DNA of 64,000 bases, from assembly GCA_043228905.1 (NCBI GenBank), contig JBHGNT010000020.1:2170001-2234000 (forward strand), in the 5' to 3' direction. Within the stretch, counting starts at the first letter, position 1, and each line of letters begins with the position of its first letter. A model generated the notes under the pieces. That model ran no database searches. It was not told where the DNA came from and saw only the letters and a program-made list of their open reading frames with translations. Below are positions 60,278 to 64,000 of this stretch, piece by piece. Source of the DNA: Azolla caroliniana (lineage: Eukaryota; Plantae; Polypodiophyta). The position numbers and the translations under genes were made by a program.

Positions 60278-62872
60278 ATGCGGAAACGTAAAATAACAAA
60301 ATAGACAATGAAATGCATAGTGCACACAATTTTACATGGAAACCCTAAACAGGGAAAACCACATGAACAAATATTCCACTATACAACATAGAATACGAAA
60401 GGAGATCAAAATACGACACTCTCTGTACAAAGTGTATCAGTCATGTAGGGTTCTTGGCATCTAAGCTCACTCAGCTATGGCACCACTCACTCTTACTCAC
60501 TCACTCTCTGTCTACACAACACTTCACTATGTTTGCCCTAAGTGTATTTATACTTATACATAGTATGGTCTATTTACAAATGTAGCCTCTACTACTATCA
60601 TGCCTATTATTATAGTAGCACTTAATCAACCAACTAGTCGACTACTCGATTCGACTAACTAACTCTTATGTCGACTGTCCAGACAGCCTTGTTGTCGACC
60701 ATCTAGTCGGCCCGACTAGTCGGTCGTGTCTTCGACTGTAGGCTCTCAGCCCAATTAGTCGGCTATTCCTTGTCTTTAACTGTTGGCTCTTACTCACCCG
60801 AGCAATTGGCTCCTCCCATAGGAGGGACATATTCCTAACAAACTCCCCCTTCACTCCTGTGGGTGGAGTCGGTTAGTCCTGTCTTCGGTTGACAGACTCT
60901 GAGTCTATCCATCGGTAGGTTCTTCGTCAAAATGTCAAATCCATTGTCGTTAGTATGGATCTTGACAAGAGTAAACTCTCCTTCCTCCACTTTCTCCCGC
61001 AATCAGTGATACCTCCTTTGTATATGTTTGGTTCAGGAGTGGTACACAACATTCTTGGCTAGATGTATGGTGCTTTGGCTGTCGCAATGAAGCAAGAACT
61101 CCCTTTGCTTCATTCCCGACTCACTGAGAAAATTTCTCATCCAAATCATCTCTTTGCCGGTCTCTATCGCTGCCATATACTTTGCCTCTATATGGTGCTC
61201 TGGCTGTCACAATGAAGCAAGAACACCCTTTGCTTCATTCCCGACTCACTGAGAAAATTTCTCATCCAAATCATCTCTTTGCCAGCCTCTACTGTTGCCA
61301 TATACTCTGCCACAAATTTCTGAAGTCGTGACTGCCACGACACTGCTCCCCCTACATAGGTCATCACTAGTGATGGGCGCAGTTTGGTTTGGTTTCCTGG
61401 CCTTGAAACCAAACCAAAACAAACCAAACCAAACCATTTATTTATATTAAAAACCAAACCAAACTGTTTAAATTTTATGAAGCCATTTAAACTGAACCGT
61501 TTAGAGACGAACCGTTTAAACCAAACCGTTCATGAAAAATTTAGAACCAAACCAAATCGGTTTATCATAAATCAAAACCAAACCAAATTTATAAACCGAT
61601 AAACCTTTAAACCTTTAAACCAAACCACATAAGCCGAAACCACTAAACCATTAAACCGTGAAATTCAAAACCAAACCGAACCGAAACCGATAAACTGATC
61701 AGCTGCTAAACCGCTAAACCATGAAATTCAAAACCAAACCGAACCGAAACCGATAAACTGATCAGCTGCTAAACCGCTAAACCATGAAATTCAAAACCAA
61801 ACCGAACCGAACCGATACCAAACAGGATCATAATATTTGAAACCAAACCAAACGGTTTATTTATCTTTGAACTAATAAACCATTAAGCCATGGATTAACG
61901 GTTCGGTTCGGTTTGAGCCAAAGCCGTGCCCATTGCTAGTCATCACGTACCCTAAACTAGATCTGCTTGAGTCTACGTCTCCCGACATGTCCGAGTCGGT
62001 AAACCCTTCGAGCATAGGTTTTCCAACACCATACTTTGGGCATACCATTGAGGTGCCTTTCAAGTACTTGAGTATCCACTTCACGACTGCCCAGTGTTCT
62101 CTACTTAGATTACTCATGTATCGGCTTATTGTTCCTACAACAAATGTTATGTCTATCCTTGTACAAACCATTGCACACATTAAACTGCCCACAACCGAGG
62201 CATATGGTACTTTCCTCATCTCAGCCTTTTCTTCCTCCCCTCTCGGGCATTGCTTAACATTCAGCTTGTAGTTTGTCGGCAACACAGATCCGACTGTTGT
62301 ACAAACCATTGCACACATTAAACTGCCCACAACCGAGGCATATGATACTTTCCTCATCTTAGCCTTTTCTTCCTCCCCTCTCGGGCATTGCTTAGCATTC
62401 AACTTGTAGTTTGTCGGCAACACAGATCCGACTGGCTTTGCTTCCGACATGGGGAATCTTCCTAAGATCTTTGACACATATTTCTCTTGTGTCAACCACA
62501 ACACTTTCTTAGTTCTATCTCGAACTATGTGCATCCCTAAGATGTGTTTGGCTGGTCTAAGGTCTTTCATGGCAAACAACTTGCCTAATGCTTTCTTCAA
62601 GCTCACGATCCTCTTTGTGTCTTGTCCGACTATCAACATGTCATCCAAATATAATAAGAGAATCAAGAGTTTGCCTTCATTGTACCTTTTGACAAAAACA
62701 TAATGATCTGCCTGTGTTTTGTGGAACCCGTGTTCCAACATGAAGGATTCAAACTTCTTGTACCATTGGCGTGGAGCTTGTTTCGAACCATACAAGCTTT
62801 TCTTCAGTTGACACACCAGGTTCTCTTTCTCTTTCTCCACAAAGCCTTCGGGTTGCTGCATATAGATCTCTT
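60278..62872 (-). mobile_element. Ty1/copia 3' half (RT, RNase H, PPT, LTR ~60278-60840), a different family from A-D
   Basis: ORF 61872-62861 QPEGF...LKKSLYG...YLDDML...FTDSDM; RNase H CDSQSAIHLAKN; PPT AGGGGGAGTT then TGTTAGG on the minus strand. Confidence 0.85.
61368..61938. mobile_element. hAT-type MITE (571 bp), 8-bp TSD GTCATCAC
   Basis: TSD at 61360-61367 and 61939-61946; imperfect TIRs TAGTGATGGGCGCAG / CCGTGCCCATTGCTA; many AAACC(A/G) repeats; internal ~62-bp tandem duplication. Confidence 0.88.
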
Positions 62873-62887
62873 TGAAGCATAAGTATA

Positions 62888-63575
62888 TGCGGAAACATAT
62901 GAGGATCTATCTTAGTTCGTACTCAGAAAACAACACAGAAAGAGAAGCAAAGATATTACATTGTCTCCCCTGTAAACCTAGATTACAACAATAATCTAAA
63001 TTTATGTTCCAAGTCGGTCGGCATATAGTCGAGTCGGCATAGGTGAGGTCCGTGTCGAGTCTAGCATGGCTCATTATCATGATTGATTCGGCCGACTCTT
63101 ACCTTTTGCTCTTCGTTCGGCTTTCTTCTGCTCGGTCACTTGTCGTAGTCCCATCTTTGTCCTTGGTGCTCCAAAGCGTTGATCTGGGAGTGGCTTTGTT
63201 AGGCAATCGGCGATGTTCACCTCAGTGTCAATCTTCTGGACCTCGAGCTTCTTCTCAGTTGTGAGCTCTCGGATGTGATGATACTGCATCTCAATGTGCT
63301 TTGTCTTTGCGTGATAGACAAGATTGTTGATGAGGTGTATTGCGCTCTGTGAGTCGCAATAGATGGTTGGCGCAGGTCGATCGGTTTGGCTTATAGCTGA
63401 GAAGTCAGCAGACAGTCGATGCAGCCAAATCGCTTCCTTCGCTGCCTCCGATGCTGCTATGTACTCGGCTTCTGTGGTTGACAGAGCCGTGCACTCTTGA
63501 AGTTTTGACCTCCATGATATCGTACCGCCACCATAGGTGAAGATGTAACCTCATGTCGATTTCTTGCCGTATCAT
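62888..63575 (-). mobile_element. Copia RNase H and LTR remnant
   Basis: GGTISWRSKLQECTALSTTEAEY...IYCDSQSAIHL...KHIEMQYHHIRE...ADCLTKPL. Confidence 0.8.
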
Positions 63576-64000
63576 GACACATGACACATGTTGGAAAAAC
63601 TCTATTGGTCTTCGAGCTTGTCCAGATCTCCTAGGTGCCGAGATAAGTGGTTTGGATTTGTCGATCGACTTGGTTGGGCGATCGGTATTTGTTGAACCAT
63701 TTGTGTTAGGAGTGTTGTTAGGTGACCAATGCGTATCTTGCCATATCATGACACATGATACTTCCTATAGCTGATATGTAGGGCATCTTTCCATTAAGGT
63801 CTCTCTCCTTGTCCGTTGCAGGAGAGTCTTTGTCTGATTAACGTCGGAAGCGGTTTTGGTGCTGGCTTCGCATTCTCCATATTGAATCACTTTAGCACCT
63901 TCCGGATATAGTCGGACTGGGAGAGTCAGAGAGTCTTGGTCGTCTGATTTCGCTCGATCCTCATGCCTAGTATGTGATGGGCTTGTCCGAGTTCCTTCAT

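Noticed and set aside
63560-63765. Repeated TCTTGCCRTATCATGACACATGA as a TSD
   Set aside because: Too long for a TSD and located in rearranged TE debris; no element boundaries could be defined.

Overview
Eukaryotic, intron-containing plant genomic DNA; the retroelement types suggest a non-seed land plant such as a fern (inference). Bases 1-21.8 kb form a deep transposon nest sitting at an intron boundary of an MLH1 gene: L1 LINE > copia D > copia A > copia B > copia C, plus an Athila/Tat-like gypsy and a gypsy solo LTR. The downstream MLH1 exons (21.8-26.1 kb) carry frameshifts and stops. A second nest (32-44.5 kb) reuses copia families A, B and C and holds a full-length tRNA-Trp-primed gypsy with a 4-bp TSD. 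Two intact host genes follow: HVA22-like (+, 46.5-50 kb) and RPL10 (-, 55.0-57.3 kb). The rest is a PPR pseudogene, hAT-type MITEs and further copia remnants. Most notable: (i) the HVA22-like first coding exon is serially duplicated about eight times, the proximal copy is dead and distal copies are intact; (ii) the copia families share a 3'-end design of duplicated PPT, a stem-loop enclosing the PPT/LTR junction, and a variable-length Pol tail held in frame to VELEG[E/A]C*; (iii) an intronic array of identical 82-bp hairpin-like units. All alignments and counts were done by eye.
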